Part shown: positions 1-8,929 of the stretch, piece by piece | Numbering within the stretch: position 1 is the stretch's first letter | Layout: every line of letters begins with the position of its first letter | Translations under genes and position numbers: made by a program | The notes under the pieces: generated by a model | What the model was told of the DNA's origin: nothing | The model's database searches: none | Seen by the model: the letters and a program-made list of their open reading frames with translations, nothing else | Virus genome (UHGV): UHGV-1370141 | Length of the DNA stretch: 64,000 bases | Strand: one strand, 5' to 3' | Source of the DNA: a virus

Positions 1-501
1 TGCTGCCCGAGACTTGCTTTTAATCCTGGCGTGTGCACCGCTTTCACCCCAGTGATAAGCCAATGCAATTTCTGCAATAGTGGGCTTGCGTTTGAGTCGT
101 TTAGTCAACCCCTTTTCTAAATGTTTAACGTAGACGGAAGCCAATAGCACCGCATTACGAGGATTGTACAAATCCGCGTTACGACTAAGTCCGATTTCGT
201 TGCCGTAGAGTTTTAGTAAATTACGCTTTGTGCTCGGTAGCATCTGAACCAGACTGTGCGCTTTAGACGTTCGATTATACGCCTTCGGATTAAACCGCGA
301 TTCCCGATAGATTAGCGTGGTCATCAACTTAGGATCGACGCCCTGCTTTCGGGAGATTTCCACAATCAACGGTTTTACCCGTTCGAAACGGTCTTGAATC
401 ATTTCGAATTCACGATGGTGTTTGGCACTGGGTGCGGATTTGGATGCGTATGCGTTAAACGCGAAAAGTGTTACCAGTAAAAGAAAGAAAATACGAAACA
501 T
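1..501 (-). CDS. Secreted lytic transglycosylase (SLT domain); partial, C-terminus beyond window start
   Basis: Minus-strand ORF with ATG at 501-499, absent from ORF track because it runs off the window; signal peptide MFRIFFLLLVTLFAFNAYA; SLT motif ESRFNPKAY...SKAHSLVQMLPST. Confidence 0.75.
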   Translation of the reverse strand, partial: MFRIFFLLLVTLFAFNAYASKSAPSAKHHREFEMIQDRFERVKPLIVEISRKQGVDPKLMTTLIYRESRFNPKAYNRTSKAHSLVQMLPSTKRNLLKLYGNEIGLSRNADLYNPRNAVLLASVYVKHLEKGLTKRLKRKPTIAEIALAYHWGESGAHARIKSKSRAA

Positions 502-601
502 ACTAGTTCTCCAGTTGGATTTATACATTTCCGTGTTCCGTAGAACGAAATCACGGCGCGGACAGCTGGAACTCCTTTGTTGTGTGCCCTAATGATAATA
601 T

Positions 602-1126
602 CTATTTAAAAAGGTTTGGAATTAAAGGTTTTGCTTCTTGGTAAAGCGTATCGGGTAAATAGAAACGGTAATGTTGTCTCCTCGGTACGAGTTTCTTTTC
701 GATAAACAAAAAGATTTGTTGACGTTCAGCTTTTGTCAACCAACCGTTAGCCATCCCTAACGGCGGTAAAGCCACCCCACCCTCTAAGTTTTCTGCGGCA
801 TCTGCCAACGCGGTGATACCCGCGATAACATAAGAAACCTGGGATTTCAGTTTCCAATGTGTTTTAGTTGGTAAGAGAATGCAGTTTTCCTCGGGATAAA
901 CATACACATTCCCTATTCGTATTTCGTTAGCGAAGCAACGTTCTCGGTAGTCCTGATAAAGCCCAGGATAGCGTTCTCTGCACGCTAAAGCGATACCCCG
1001 ACCCATTGCCCCTACACAATTTATCGTAACGACCTTGAAGCGCTCAGGGGCGTTAAACAGGTCGTTGTCAATATCCGATTCTGGAAGTATCGTTAGCATA
1101 ACGGTCTTACCGAGTGAGGTAAGCAT
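602..1126 (-). CDS. Macro-domain (ADP-ribose binding/processing) protein, putative
   Basis: VVTINCVGAMGRGIALA resembles macro VNAAN..GGGGVDGAI; later CILLPT and ALPPLGMANGW resemble HTVGP and FPAISTGVYG segments. Confidence 0.5.
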   Translation of the reverse strand: MLTSLGKTVMLTILPESDIDNDLFNAPERFKVVTINCVGAMGRGIALACRERYPGLYQDYRERCFANEIRIGNVYVYPEENCILLPTKTHWKLKSQVSYVIAGITALADAAENLEGGVALPPLGMANGWLTKAERQQIFLFIEKKLVPRRQHYRFYLPDTLYQEAKPLIPNLFK

Positions 1127-1199
1127 AATTGATGCACAGGGATAAACCGCGTTCCACCAATCGCCAACTCAACCAAAATCGCTATATACGTTTTAGACA

Positions 1200-1574
1200 T
1201 TAACGATTCCTTTTCACCCATTGACTGATAACGGACTCCAGTCCTTCGTGTTCGAGACCGAGGCGTTTCATGGCAAGGTGTAATTCCAGCGTGTGAGTAA
1301 TCTGTTCTCGGGTTTGGGCGTCGTTCATCTTCTCCCAGACCTTCTCCAGATTAATGTTAAATTTTGACAGCATATACGCTTCGCGACACGCACCACGACG
1401 CCACAAACTCGGTTTAACGAACGGTAATTCGATTTCTGGAATCAGCCACAGCAGTTTATTAACCCGCGTAAGTTCACTACCACCGATTTCGTGACACTGA
1501 TAACAGATTTGTAAGATGTCGCTGTTATCCAGTGGTTCACTAAATAGATACGGGGTTTGGGTTCCTGGTAACAT
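1200..1574 (-). CDS. Hypothetical protein
   Basis: 124-aa ORF; AAGGAG 7 nt upstream of ATG. Confidence 0.55.
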   Translation of the reverse strand: MLPGTQTPYLFSEPLDNSDILQICYQCHEIGGSELTRVNKLLWLIPEIELPFVKPSLWRRGACREAYMLSKFNINLEKVWEKMNDAQTREQITHTLELHLAMKRLGLEHEGLESVISQWVKRNR

Positions 1575-1776
1575 CTGGATTCTCCTTAGGCTCGAAAGGT
1601 GATTCAGGTGGCAGCGTTCCTAACGCACCTTGAATACAGGCTGTCAGTGCAGGTTTACCAAAACACACCTGACCGATCTTACCCATGTTGGGATGCTGGA
1701 GAAATGCTTTTGCGCGTTCGTATTCTTTCCAGCAAATGCTTGTATCCATTCCACCTACACCGAAACTGTTTAACAT
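1540..1776 (-). CDS. Hypothetical small protein
   Basis: 78-aa ORF; AGGAGA RBS; 35-nt overlap with downstream gene. Confidence 0.45.
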   Translation of the reverse strand: MLNSFGVGGMDTSICWKEYERAKAFLQHPNMGKIGQVCFGKPALTACIQGALGTLPPESPFEPKENPDVTRNPNPVSI

Positions 1777-1842
1777 AAGTAGCTCTCCTGACGTAAAATT
1801 CTCACACTCATAGTGAGGAACGTCAAGAGAGCCTTTATTGTT

Positions 1843-2286
1843 TTAGAAAGTTTTGCTGAAATCCACCCATTCTTTATCGTGAGAATAGGTTGCTTTGTAG
1901 CCACGACGAATGAAATACTCTTTCGCTTCTTTGCACTTCGTGTACATCCCAATGGCAATTTCACCGAATGCTTCATCAGCGGCTATCGCTTTGAAGATTT
2001 CTTTCATTACCCCACGCTGACGGTAATCAGGCAGCACGTATAACGAACGAATTTTGAGTACCCCGTTGCGATTACGGTAACTGCAATAACCCACCGCAAC
2101 ATCGTCGATATAAATCAGAACAACACAGTTGCCTTCGATCAGTTGACGCACGTTTAATTTCGGTACAGCGGTTTTGATTTTCAGCATCGTTGCTTGGTGA
2201 TCTAAGTAACGGTAATGAAGTGCGAGTAAATCTTTCGCTTGTTCTTCACCGATTTTAGAAAGTGCGTTCAACAAATAAATTTCCAT
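1843..2286 (-). CDS. GNAT-family N-acetyltransferase
   Basis: 147 aa; acetyl-CoA motif A-like LYVLPDYRQRGV(MKEIFKA). Confidence 0.6.
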   Translation of the reverse strand: MEIYLLNALSKIGEEQAKDLLALHYRYLDHQATMLKIKTAVPKLNVRQLIEGNCVVLIYIDDVAVGYCSYRNRNGVLKIRSLYVLPDYRQRGVMKEIFKAIAADEAFGEIAIGMYTKCKEAKEYFIRRGYKATYSHDKEWVDFSKTF

Positions 2287-2318
2287 TTATCAGACCTTAC
2301 AGACGCAAAAAGATGAAA

Positions 2319-2447
2319 TTAAAACCAACGTCCAATGATAAAAGCGGCAGCGGCGAGAAGCAGTACGGTAATAAAACCCGCACCCCATGTTAGTTCCGCG
2401 TTATATAAAGCGCCGATTGCAGCATTGGTAGTATTGACAACAGTCAT
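2319..2447 (-). CDS. Small hydrophobic peptide (42 aa, one TM helix), putative
   Basis: Own translation MTVVNTTNAAIGALYNAELTWGAGFITVLLLAAAAFIIGRWF; GAGGGAAG RBS before ATG; below ORF-track size cutoff. Confidence 0.3.
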   Translation of the reverse strand: MTVVNTTNAAIGALYNAELTWGAGFITVLLLAAAAFIIGRWF

Positions 2448-2461
2448 AGTTCTTCCCTCGT

Positions 2462-2492
2462 AAAACACCCTCCCAGTTACCCAGGAGGGGGT
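2462..2492 (-). terminator. Possible intrinsic terminator hairpin
   Basis: Inverted repeat CCCTCC...GGAGGG followed by T-run on minus strand. Confidence 0.3.
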
Positions 2493-2498
2493 TCTAAC

Positions 2499-2609
2499 TT
2501 AACTGTGCGTAGAGCCTTTGAAAGCCCATCCGTACTTATTAATCAGCCAGTTGAGAGATTTCCCAATAATCCACAACGACCCAAGTGTTAACAGAATACC
2601 CTCAATCAT
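2499..2609 (-). CDS. Small hydrophobic peptide (36 aa), putative
   Basis: Own translation MIEGILLTLGSLWIIGKSLNWLINKYGWAFKGSTHS; ATGA start/stop overlap with upstream ORF; GGAGGGAAG RBS. Confidence 0.3.
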   Translation of the reverse strand: MIEGILLTLGSLWIIGKSLNWLINKYGWAFKGSTHS

Positions 2610-2806
2610 GACTTCCCTCCAACACACCGCCACTCACATTCGCGTTGGTGCCAAATTGAACCCCAGGTGAGCCTAATCGCGTACGCTAAGACCACCCATA
2701 AAATCGCCGTTATACAAAATAGCACGTACAGAATGGCAACCAGCACCATGACGCTAAACCCTAAAACGCTTAGTAACTGACGCCACCAATCAGTTTGCGT
2801 AGACAA
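2606..2806 (-). CDS. Small membrane protein (66 aa, hydrophobic core)
   Basis: TTG start preceded by AAGGAG; start overlaps ATPase stop by 17 nt; hydrophobic stretch LLSVLGFSVMVLVAILYVLFCITAILWVVLAYAI. Confidence 0.4.
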   Translation of the reverse strand: MSTQTDWWRQLLSVLGFSVMVLVAILYVLFCITAILWVVLAYAIRLTWGSIWHQRECEWRCVGGKS

Positions 2807-5312
2807 TTTTTACTCCTTCGTTGTAAACCGCAGGCAGTGTTACGCCTTCAGGTTCAATAACACAGTATGCGGCTTCGTTAAGTTTTGAATGAATTTCTGC
2901 TTCGTGAGATACCACCAGTAACTGAGAGAACTCACCGGAATTCGCCAGGGTTTTAATAAACCCAACGAGGTTATTTCGGTGTTCTTCATCCATCCCTTCT
3001 GACGGCTCATCCAACAGTAGCGGATACTGATGAAGTTTCAGGGCTTTGTAAGCGGTTAAACGAAACATCAAATTAAAGATGGCTCGCTGCGCTTTCGACC
3101 CTTTCCGCACGTCAGGTACCGGTTCAGGATGGGTTTTTAACTGCACTGGGAACGTGTAGTCTAAGTCACCGTCGGTTAAGTCACACGGCATGACCCGCAT
3201 AGGGTAGGTCCAGACTTGTTCGATATATCGCGTCATCAATTCCGTGATTCTCACGATAGCGTTGTAGAAGTATTTGCGTAGTACCCCTTTCTCGGGCGAG
3301 AACGCTTGAATCATCAGTTTGTTATTGAATTGCTGTGCCTGTAAATCCGATAACTCCTTTTCTAACGCAGTAAGTTGGTTGAGCTCGTTTTCCATCTGAC
3401 GGTACCGTTCCCGTGCTGTGGTGAACGCATCCAACTTGTTTTCTCGGGCGTTTAATAACGTTTCGACCACCGTGTTGGTTAATGTTACCTTAACATCGTT
3501 CTCTAAACGCTCAAAAACCGCATTAAAATTGTCTACAGTGGCTTTAAGTTCGTTTAGATAACAAAAGGTATCATTAGCAACTGCGTGCTCTCTACGGCGC
3601 TCTGAGAGCGTTTCTGTCGCCTTACCCAAACGCTCCTGCTGGAAGGCAATTTTCTGCTGTAGAGCACCATCAACGTTACCTACCGCTGCAACTGCGTTTG
3701 CCCACTCTTTTTCCGCTTTAGCAAAACGGTGTTTCGTTTCGTGGTATTCAATTGCGGAATAAAGTTCACGATCGAACTCTGCACACAAACTGCCAAACTG
3801 ACTGCGGTTATCCGTAAAGACATTCCGCTCCTGGAGACGTTTAAAGAACAAACTCAATACCGGGTCTTTCGAGTATGTTAAAACGATTTCCCGCACTTGG
3901 CGCATGTAATTAACGTCCGACTCTAATTCCGTACGGTCTCGCAACACGGAATCAAGCTGAGTCTGTAACGTATTACGTTGCTCCATTTGTCCACGAATGG
4001 CTTCTTCCAATTCAGGCAAAGAACGACGCACGCCCGGACGGAATTTAAATTGACACTGCGGACAATCAACCTCTGCGGTTTCCAAATAGTGATTCCGTTC
4101 GTGGTTGAGGTTCTGCAATACGTTTTCAACGCGTTGTAGTCGGTCACGCAACCCAGATGAGTTCTGGTCTAAGGTCAACAGTTTCTCTTCCAGTACGTTC
4201 AACCGTTCCGTTGATTTAATAGCATCCAGCGTTGTTCCTAAACGTTGTCCCCAGACACGCGCATCCGTCGCTGCTTTAAGCTGGTCAATGTTAACGGTCT
4301 CCGCAAACAGTTCAGGGAAAAGATGTTCGGTGTCCCACTGCTTTAATAACTCACGCAGTTTTGCAACCGTGTTCTTTAACCCTTCGTGATTCCGCATCAG
4401 GTAATCTTGGCGGGTAGACTCGTCCATCAACAGAGACAAATCTTTGTTTAGCATAGACAGCTCTGTTTCAGCAGAGACCACCGCTTCACGGGCAGTGGCT
4501 TCAACGCGTCGTGCTTCCTCTACCTGTTCTTCCGTAGGTAATCCACCACGGTGTTCCAAGATAGCATTAATCGGTGCTTCGATTTTAAGCAATAGCGATT
4601 GAATCGTTGCCACCGTAACGTCACGATTCAGGCCCGGCAGTTGTTCAATCTGTTTGTTGAGTTCACGTAAATCTGCTTCTAATGCTTTTAACCGTGTTGC
4701 TAACTGCTGACGTTCTTCCTCGTTATCAATCACGCGGGTACGCAACTCTGCAATCTTGCGGCTGGTGATTTCAATACCGCCGTTTAACATCGTCAGGTTT
4801 TTTCGTAAACGTTGATAAAAACCTAACGCGTAAGTTAAGTCTGACGTACTTAAACGGTAGAACCACTTACGACGCAGTTCCGTTCCTGCATCCGTTAAAA
4901 GCACTTCTCCGTTCAGTAACTCTTTAATCTCTTTTGTAATGCCCGTGATTTCTTCTACACGAGAGTTATACACTTTCGCATTACCTTGTTCGACGATTTT
5001 GGTACCCGTCGTCAGGTTCTCGATATCGCAAACCAGTGAGTTGCCTTTACGTGCAACCTTAAATTTGTAACGATGGTCGTTAACCAAACAGATGTTGGTG
5101 TAAGAACCCCCGTCACGGAATTCGGATTTCGAAGGTGCGATAGGTAGAAACACGGACAGTAAGCTGGTCTTACCGCAGCCGTTACCACCGAGGATAATAG
5201 TGGTTGGGGAATGGATAGTAAAATCGAAGGTTTCGATTTCGTGTAGTCCCATCCCGGTAAACCCTTTAAGTACAATACGTTCAACTTTTAACATGTCCAC
5301 CTCCATATTCAC
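2790..5312 (-). CDS. SbcC/Rad50-like ATPase (Walker A, coiled coil with CxxC zinc-hook-like motif, Walker B)
   Basis: N-terminal GGNGCGKTS; long coiled-coil region with central CPQC; C-terminal LLLDEPSEGMD and VVSHEAE. Confidence 0.65.
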   Translation of the reverse strand: MNMEVDMLKVERIVLKGFTGMGLHEIETFDFTIHSPTTIILGGNGCGKTSLLSVFLPIAPSKSEFRDGGSYTNICLVNDHRYKFKVARKGNSLVCDIENLTTGTKIVEQGNAKVYNSRVEEITGITKEIKELLNGEVLLTDAGTELRRKWFYRLSTSDLTYALGFYQRLRKNLTMLNGGIEITSRKIAELRTRVIDNEEERQQLATRLKALEADLRELNKQIEQLPGLNRDVTVATIQSLLLKIEAPINAILEHRGGLPTEEQVEEARRVEATAREAVVSAETELSMLNKDLSLLMDESTRQDYLMRNHEGLKNTVAKLRELLKQWDTEHLFPELFAETVNIDQLKAATDARVWGQRLGTTLDAIKSTERLNVLEEKLLTLDQNSSGLRDRLQRVENVLQNLNHERNHYLETAEVDCPQCQFKFRPGVRRSLPELEEAIRGQMEQRNTLQTQLDSVLRDRTELESDVNYMRQVREIVLTYSKDPVLSLFFKRLQERNVFTDNRSQFGSLCAEFDRELYSAIEYHETKHRFAKAEKEWANAVAAVGNVDGALQQKIAFQQERLGKATETLSERRREHAVANDTFCYLNELKATVDNFNAVFERLENDVKVTLTNTVVETLLNARENKLDAFTTARERYRQMENELNQLTALEKELSDLQAQQFNNKLMIQAFSPEKGVLRKYFYNAIVRITELMTRYIEQVWTYPMRVMPCDLTDGDLDYTFPVQLKTHPEPVPDVRKGSKAQRAIFNLMFRLTAYKALKLHQYPLLLDEPSEGMDEEHRNNLVGFIKTLANSGEFSQLLVVSHEAEIHSKLNEAAYCVIEPEGVTLPAVYNEGVKIVYAN

Positions 5313-5378
5313 GGAGCGTGGTGTAAAAAGAAAAAAAATAAAAGAGAAGGGAGAGAACCCGAAGGTTCTCTCGTGGTA

Positions 5379-5987
5379 TTACGGCTGGTAGAGTTTGTAA
5401 CCCATCTCCTGCCAGTTTTGGATATTTTTCGATTGCTCAACCCAAGCCTGGCCTGCGTCGGACGCAACAACTTCCATCGTCAGTAAACAAATCAGATTGG
5501 TAACGGGAACACATTTGCCTGGTGTAACGTCATCCAAATACACCGGATACAGATAAGGTGATTTGATGCTTTGATACGGATAGGAATAATGCGTTCCTAC
5601 AACCCAACCTTCTTCCACCGGGCAGAGGTTAAAGGTACGCGTTTCTGGGATTTCCCCTTCAGAGATCCAATTTACAACGTCGGCCTTAATACGGCCGTTG
5701 TCGATGTAGTAGAACACAACACGTTGCGGGATACCTGCACCCCCGGTAGGGTCTATTGCTTCCAGCGCTTTAAACGGTGTATTATTTAGCGTAGTACGGT
5801 TATCTAACGCGTACATCAGCTTTTCGTAAGCGGTTGGCGTTTTACGTTCGAAATACGCTTTCAAACGCGGGTACGCTAAGAACCCTTCGACTTCTTCCTC
5901 CATTAAATCGATGAATAACGGAGAATGTGGATTAGCTTCGTTTAGTCGCATCGCTTCGATAAAACGAACCAAAGTAATTTCGTTCAT
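5379..5987 (-). CDS. Hypothetical protein
   Basis: 202-aa ORF, ATG start. Confidence 0.55.
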   Translation of the reverse strand: MNEITLVRFIEAMRLNEANPHSPLFIDLMEEEVEGFLAYPRLKAYFERKTPTAYEKLMYALDNRTTLNNTPFKALEAIDPTGGAGIPQRVVFYYIDNGRIKADVVNWISEGEIPETRTFNLCPVEEGWVVGTHYSYPYQSIKSPYLYPVYLDDVTPGKCVPVTNLICLLTMEVVASDAGQAWVEQSKNIQNWQEMGYKLYQP

Positions 5988-6003
5988 GTTTCAGTTTCCT
6001 TTG

Positions 6004-6034
6004 GCAAAAAAGAAGCCCCGTACACAGCGGGGCC
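6004..6034 (-). terminator. Intrinsic terminator
   Basis: Hairpin GCCCCG-tacacag-CGGGGC then T-run on minus strand, just downstream of 6042..6518. Confidence 0.6.
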
Positions 6035-6041
6035 GGGCTAA

Positions 6042-6518
6042 TCACAGCCCTAAGTGCGTGAGTGATAAGATAGGCTGTGAGACACCCTGGATAGTAGCGT
6101 GGGAACGATACATTTCGGCGTTGGTTGAGAATACCTCGTTAGCGATAATGCATTCACCCGTCTCTAAAGATAGGAGATAAATGTAATCGCTCCATACGCT
6201 TTGTACCAAGACCCACTCTAAGGATGGACCACAGTCTGATGTTGCTTGCAAATAGTGGAAATAAGGACGTATCGCATCCACCGCCGCATTAAAGCGACGA
6301 TGATAAATTCGAGTTAAGTCAAACGACCAAATTGTTTCCAGGTCAATAGGGCGTAAAGTACGCACGGTTTTGATAATAGTTTCCTGGTCGTTGTGTCGTG
6401 CAGCATCAGCAATCAATAGCAGTTTCCAAGCTACCGTTAAGTTGTGGCGAATATACTCAGGCTTAGCCGTCAGTTCGTGATGGAATTGGGCTGCTTGATA
6501 AACATTAGATAAACGCAT
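6042..6518 (-). CDS. Hypothetical protein
   Basis: 158-aa ORF. Confidence 0.55.
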   Translation of the reverse strand: MRLSNVYQAAQFHHELTAKPEYIRHNLTVAWKLLLIADAARHNDQETIIKTVRTLRPIDLETIWSFDLTRIYHRRFNAAVDAIRPYFHYLQATSDCGPSLEWVLVQSVWSDYIYLLSLETGECIIANEVFSTNAEMYRSHATIQGVSQPILSLTHLGL

Positions 6519-6545
6519 TTTAATTCTCCTTTAGGTAAAACAAGT

Positions 6546-6586
6546 CGTAAAAAGGACCCCGGACGAATCGGAACGTACCGGGGCCA
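6546..6586 (-). terminator. Intrinsic terminator
   Basis: GC-rich hairpin CCCCGGACG...CGTACCGGGG then TTTTT on minus strand, downstream of 6597..6986. Confidence 0.55.
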
Positions 6587-6596
6587 AGACTACACA

Positions 6597-6986
6597 TCAG
6601 TAATCTAATTCGATAGCACCTAACATCTCACCGCGTTCTTCGATGACGATAAGATGGCGGTCACGTGATTTGCTTTTCGCAAGCGTTAGTACAACTGTGG
6701 GGTCACACGTTTTGGTCGTTACAGGAAGCACCTCTTTTGCTACAGAGTCGAGTACGAAATAATAACCCGCAGGGCAGGTTGTCCCACCATCTGCTTTTAC
6801 GAGTATATAGCGTCCATCTGCGCCAACTTCTTGGCACTCGCCTGCATCGCCTTCGCAGACTTCAAAACCCGGTGGGTTGTAGTGATAGTCTGTGTTCGTT
6901 GCCGGGGTAAGTAATAAATCGTCGATGTGTGTAGAAGCCATAACTCCGATTGAGAAAAACGCCAACAAAGCGCAGATAAGACGCAT
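6597..6986 (-). CDS. Small secreted protein (signal peptide)
   Basis: MRLICALLAFFSIGVMAST N-terminus; 6 Cys in mature part. Confidence 0.55.
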   Translation of the reverse strand: MRLICALLAFFSIGVMASTHIDDLLLTPATNTDYHYNPPGFEVCEGDAGECQEVGADGRYILVKADGGTTCPAGYYFVLDSVAKEVLPVTTKTCDPTVVLTLAKSKSRDRHLIVIEERGEMLGAIELDY

Positions 6987-6996
6987 GGTTTACTCC

Positions 6997-7407
6997 TTAG
7001 ATTTTAAGTTTGTCCTGTGCTACAACGATTGGTGCTCCAGAGGTGTCGATAACACCTACAGTCGGCACACCATTTTTGATTTTGAAGAACGGTTTGTTTT
7101 CGCCTGAACACAATTGGTTGTCTTTGTATTCGATTTTCTGTGCTTTCCAAGTTTCCAGGTTGAGTACCGACATAGGGCTGTCGTAGCACCAGGCACCACC
7201 TTGCTCAACAACGAAAACATATCTGTTACCTTTGTATTCAAACAAATTCTTTGTCTGGCAATACAGACCGTCAATTTCTGTGCAGTAGAATTCATCGGTA
7301 CTGTTGACGTATTTGATACCCGCCGGTAGCTTTATTGTTTTTGCTGCTACGTTAAGAGAGAACAGAACAGTTACAGCAACGAGTAAAGTTTTGATAAACG
7401 TTTTCAT
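6997..7407 (-). CDS. Small secreted protein (signal peptide)
   Basis: MKTFIKTLLVAVTVLFSLNVAA then KT; Cys-containing mature region. Confidence 0.55.
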   Translation of the reverse strand: MKTFIKTLLVAVTVLFSLNVAAKTIKLPAGIKYVNSTDEFYCTEIDGLYCQTKNLFEYKGNRYVFVVEQGGAWCYDSPMSVLNLETWKAQKIEYKDNQLCSGENKPFFKIKNGVPTVGVIDTSGAPIVVAQDKLKI

Positions 7408-7422
7408 GACAGACTCCTTAAA

Positions 7423-7905
7423 TTAATTAACCGTAGCTACGTATTTCTTAACCAGATAGGCGAATTCATTAACGCCGATATCGCCAAACCAAACCAGGTA
7501 ACCTGGGTCGACGTTGTAATAGTAACCTACCACGACATGGGTCTGCGGGTTATAAAGCGTCGTGATGTATTCCCAACCACAAGCATTGCTTTTGCAAGCG
7601 GTAGATTCAAGCCAGATTTTGCCGTTGATTTGCACGGGAATAACATCGCCGCCAGGACCATCCATCACGCCATCTTTACCGAATAACCCGTCTAGTCCGA
7701 CAGGTTTCAACGCTTTATCGATTGCGGCTTTATAAGTCGCATCGTCGGTATAGAGTGTGTTGATATCAGGACATGCACTGGGTTGTTCAGCCCAGGCTTC
7801 CGGGTTACAACTAAGTGCTTGTTTTACACTAGCCGCTTCTGCGTTAAAGGTAAAGCCCGTGAACAGAACCGCCACGAAGAACATCAGGGTATGTAAACGT
7901 TTCAT
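7423..7905 (-). CDS. Small secreted protein (signal peptide)
   Basis: MKRLHTLMFFVAVLFTGFTFNAEA signal; contains ACKSNACG loop. Confidence 0.55.
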   Translation of the reverse strand: MKRLHTLMFFVAVLFTGFTFNAEAASVKQALSCNPEAWAEQPSACPDINTLYTDDATYKAAIDKALKPVGLDGLFGKDGVMDGPGGDVIPVQINGKIWLESTACKSNACGWEYITTLYNPQTHVVVGYYYNVDPGYLVWFGDIGVNEFAYLVKKYVATVN

Positions 7906-7923
7906 TGTAAATTCTCCATTAAA

Positions 7924-8310
7924 TTATTCAGCGCTACGATTTAAAGTAATACGACCGATCAGTTCTGCATTATGGAAGAAGTCCACAGCAGTATAGTTAC
8001 CGACCTCTAACGGATGAATACTGACTGACATGACTTTTGGTTGTTCGCAGGCGATATCCGTCAGACGTTGGTAGACTTGTGCACGAGTGTCAGCAATGAG
8101 TAATCCGGTACACGATTCACCACGCACTAAACGATAAACTTGCAGTTTACCGAAACTGCGCATTAACGTAGGCGACTCATCCGGGTTGATAATGGGTGAA
8201 TCAGGAGCCGGTTCGTAATGGCGGACGTCCGAATCGCCGAAAGCATAAGTGGCCGTAATACCGACTGCACAGAAAATAATGATGGTATAAAGTATAGTTC
8301 TGATATTCAT
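7924..8310 (-). CDS. Small secreted protein (signal peptide)
   Basis: ATG at 8310 (ORF track uses GTG at 8316); MNIRTILYTIIIFCAVGITATYAFG signal. Confidence 0.5.
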   Translation of the reverse strand: MNIRTILYTIIIFCAVGITATYAFGDSDVRHYEPAPDSPIINPDESPTLMRSFGKLQVYRLVRGESCTGLLIADTRAQVYQRLTDIACEQPKVMSVSIHPLEVGNYTAVDFFHNAELIGRITLNRSAE

Positions 8311-8338
8311 TTTCACGCACTCTAAAAAAGATTAATAC

Positions 8339-8800
8339 TTATTTGTTAGGACGGGTGTGTCCACAGTTCTGGAAGAAAGTTTCAGACAGACGTTCGCCTT
8401 CTACGGTAAAGTTAGCGGCTTCGTTTCCGTTGATATTCACACTGAAAGTTTTGGCATTGCCGATAGCATTAACGAAAGCCACCCAAGCGAGTTCTGCTTT
8501 GTCACTACCATCCACCGTAGGGATGTTGTAAGTTTTGCCATTTACGACAATATCCAGCGTGTTGTCTTCAGCGTTAGTTGCACCTACAGGTTCCCCGTAA
8601 TACCAAACCATGCGACCGTAAAATTTGCGATTCGCGGTTTCAGTGTCACAGTTGATAGACAGTCCGTTTCCGGTGGTGTCTTCGATTTCGTAAACAGCTT
8701 GACCTGGGTTCTGTAGTTGTTCCCAACTATTGATTGCAGCGTGTGCAGTATTGAATCCGATTGCGAAAAGGCCGATTAAAAAGGAAGTGAAGATTTTCAT
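8339..8800 (-). CDS. Small secreted protein (signal peptide)
   Basis: MKIFTSFLIGLFAIGFNTAHA signal; GAGGAG RBS. Confidence 0.55.
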   Translation of the reverse strand: MKIFTSFLIGLFAIGFNTAHAAINSWEQLQNPGQAVYEIEDTTGNGLSINCDTETANRKFYGRMVWYYGEPVGATNAEDNTLDIVVNGKTYNIPTVDGSDKAELAWVAFVNAIGNAKTFSVNINGNEAANFTVEGERLSETFFQNCGHTRPNK

Positions 8801-8845
8801 TGTTTTGCTCCTCGTGGGGTTAACAAGTAAAAGAGTTAATCTTAA

Positions 8846-8871
8846 CTCTCACCTAAGTAATATATATCTGA
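8846..8871 (-). promoter_or_regulatory. Conserved 26-bp promoter-like motif, copy 1 of 4
   Basis: Minus-strand TCAGATATATATTACTTAGGTGAGAG about 45 nt upstream of 8339..8800 start. Confidence 0.4.
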
Positions 8872-8892
8872 GATTATTTTTAATGTTAGATA

Positions 8893-8927
8893 ACAAAAAA
8901 TAAAAGGTGGGGTTTACACCCCACCGT
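8893..8927 (-). terminator. Intrinsic terminator
   Basis: Hairpin GGTGGGG-tttaca-CCCCACC then T-run on minus strand after 8930..9508. Confidence 0.6.
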
Positions 8928-8929
8928 TG

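Noticed and set aside
1813-2043. Plus-strand 76-aa ORF overlapping the GNAT gene
   Set aside because: Antisense to a motif-supported CDS.
3923-5284. ORF-track entries 3923..4147, 4105..4389 and 5012..5284 inside the ATPase gene
   Set aside because: Alternative-frame or antisense ORFs wholly within a long, motif-supported CDS; no RBS support.
7423-7905. Ivy-type lysozyme inhibitor call for the secreted protein with the ACKSNACG loop
   Set aside because: The catalytically important His of the Ivy CKPHDC loop is absent and overall similarity cannot be verified by eye; left as a low-confidence remark.
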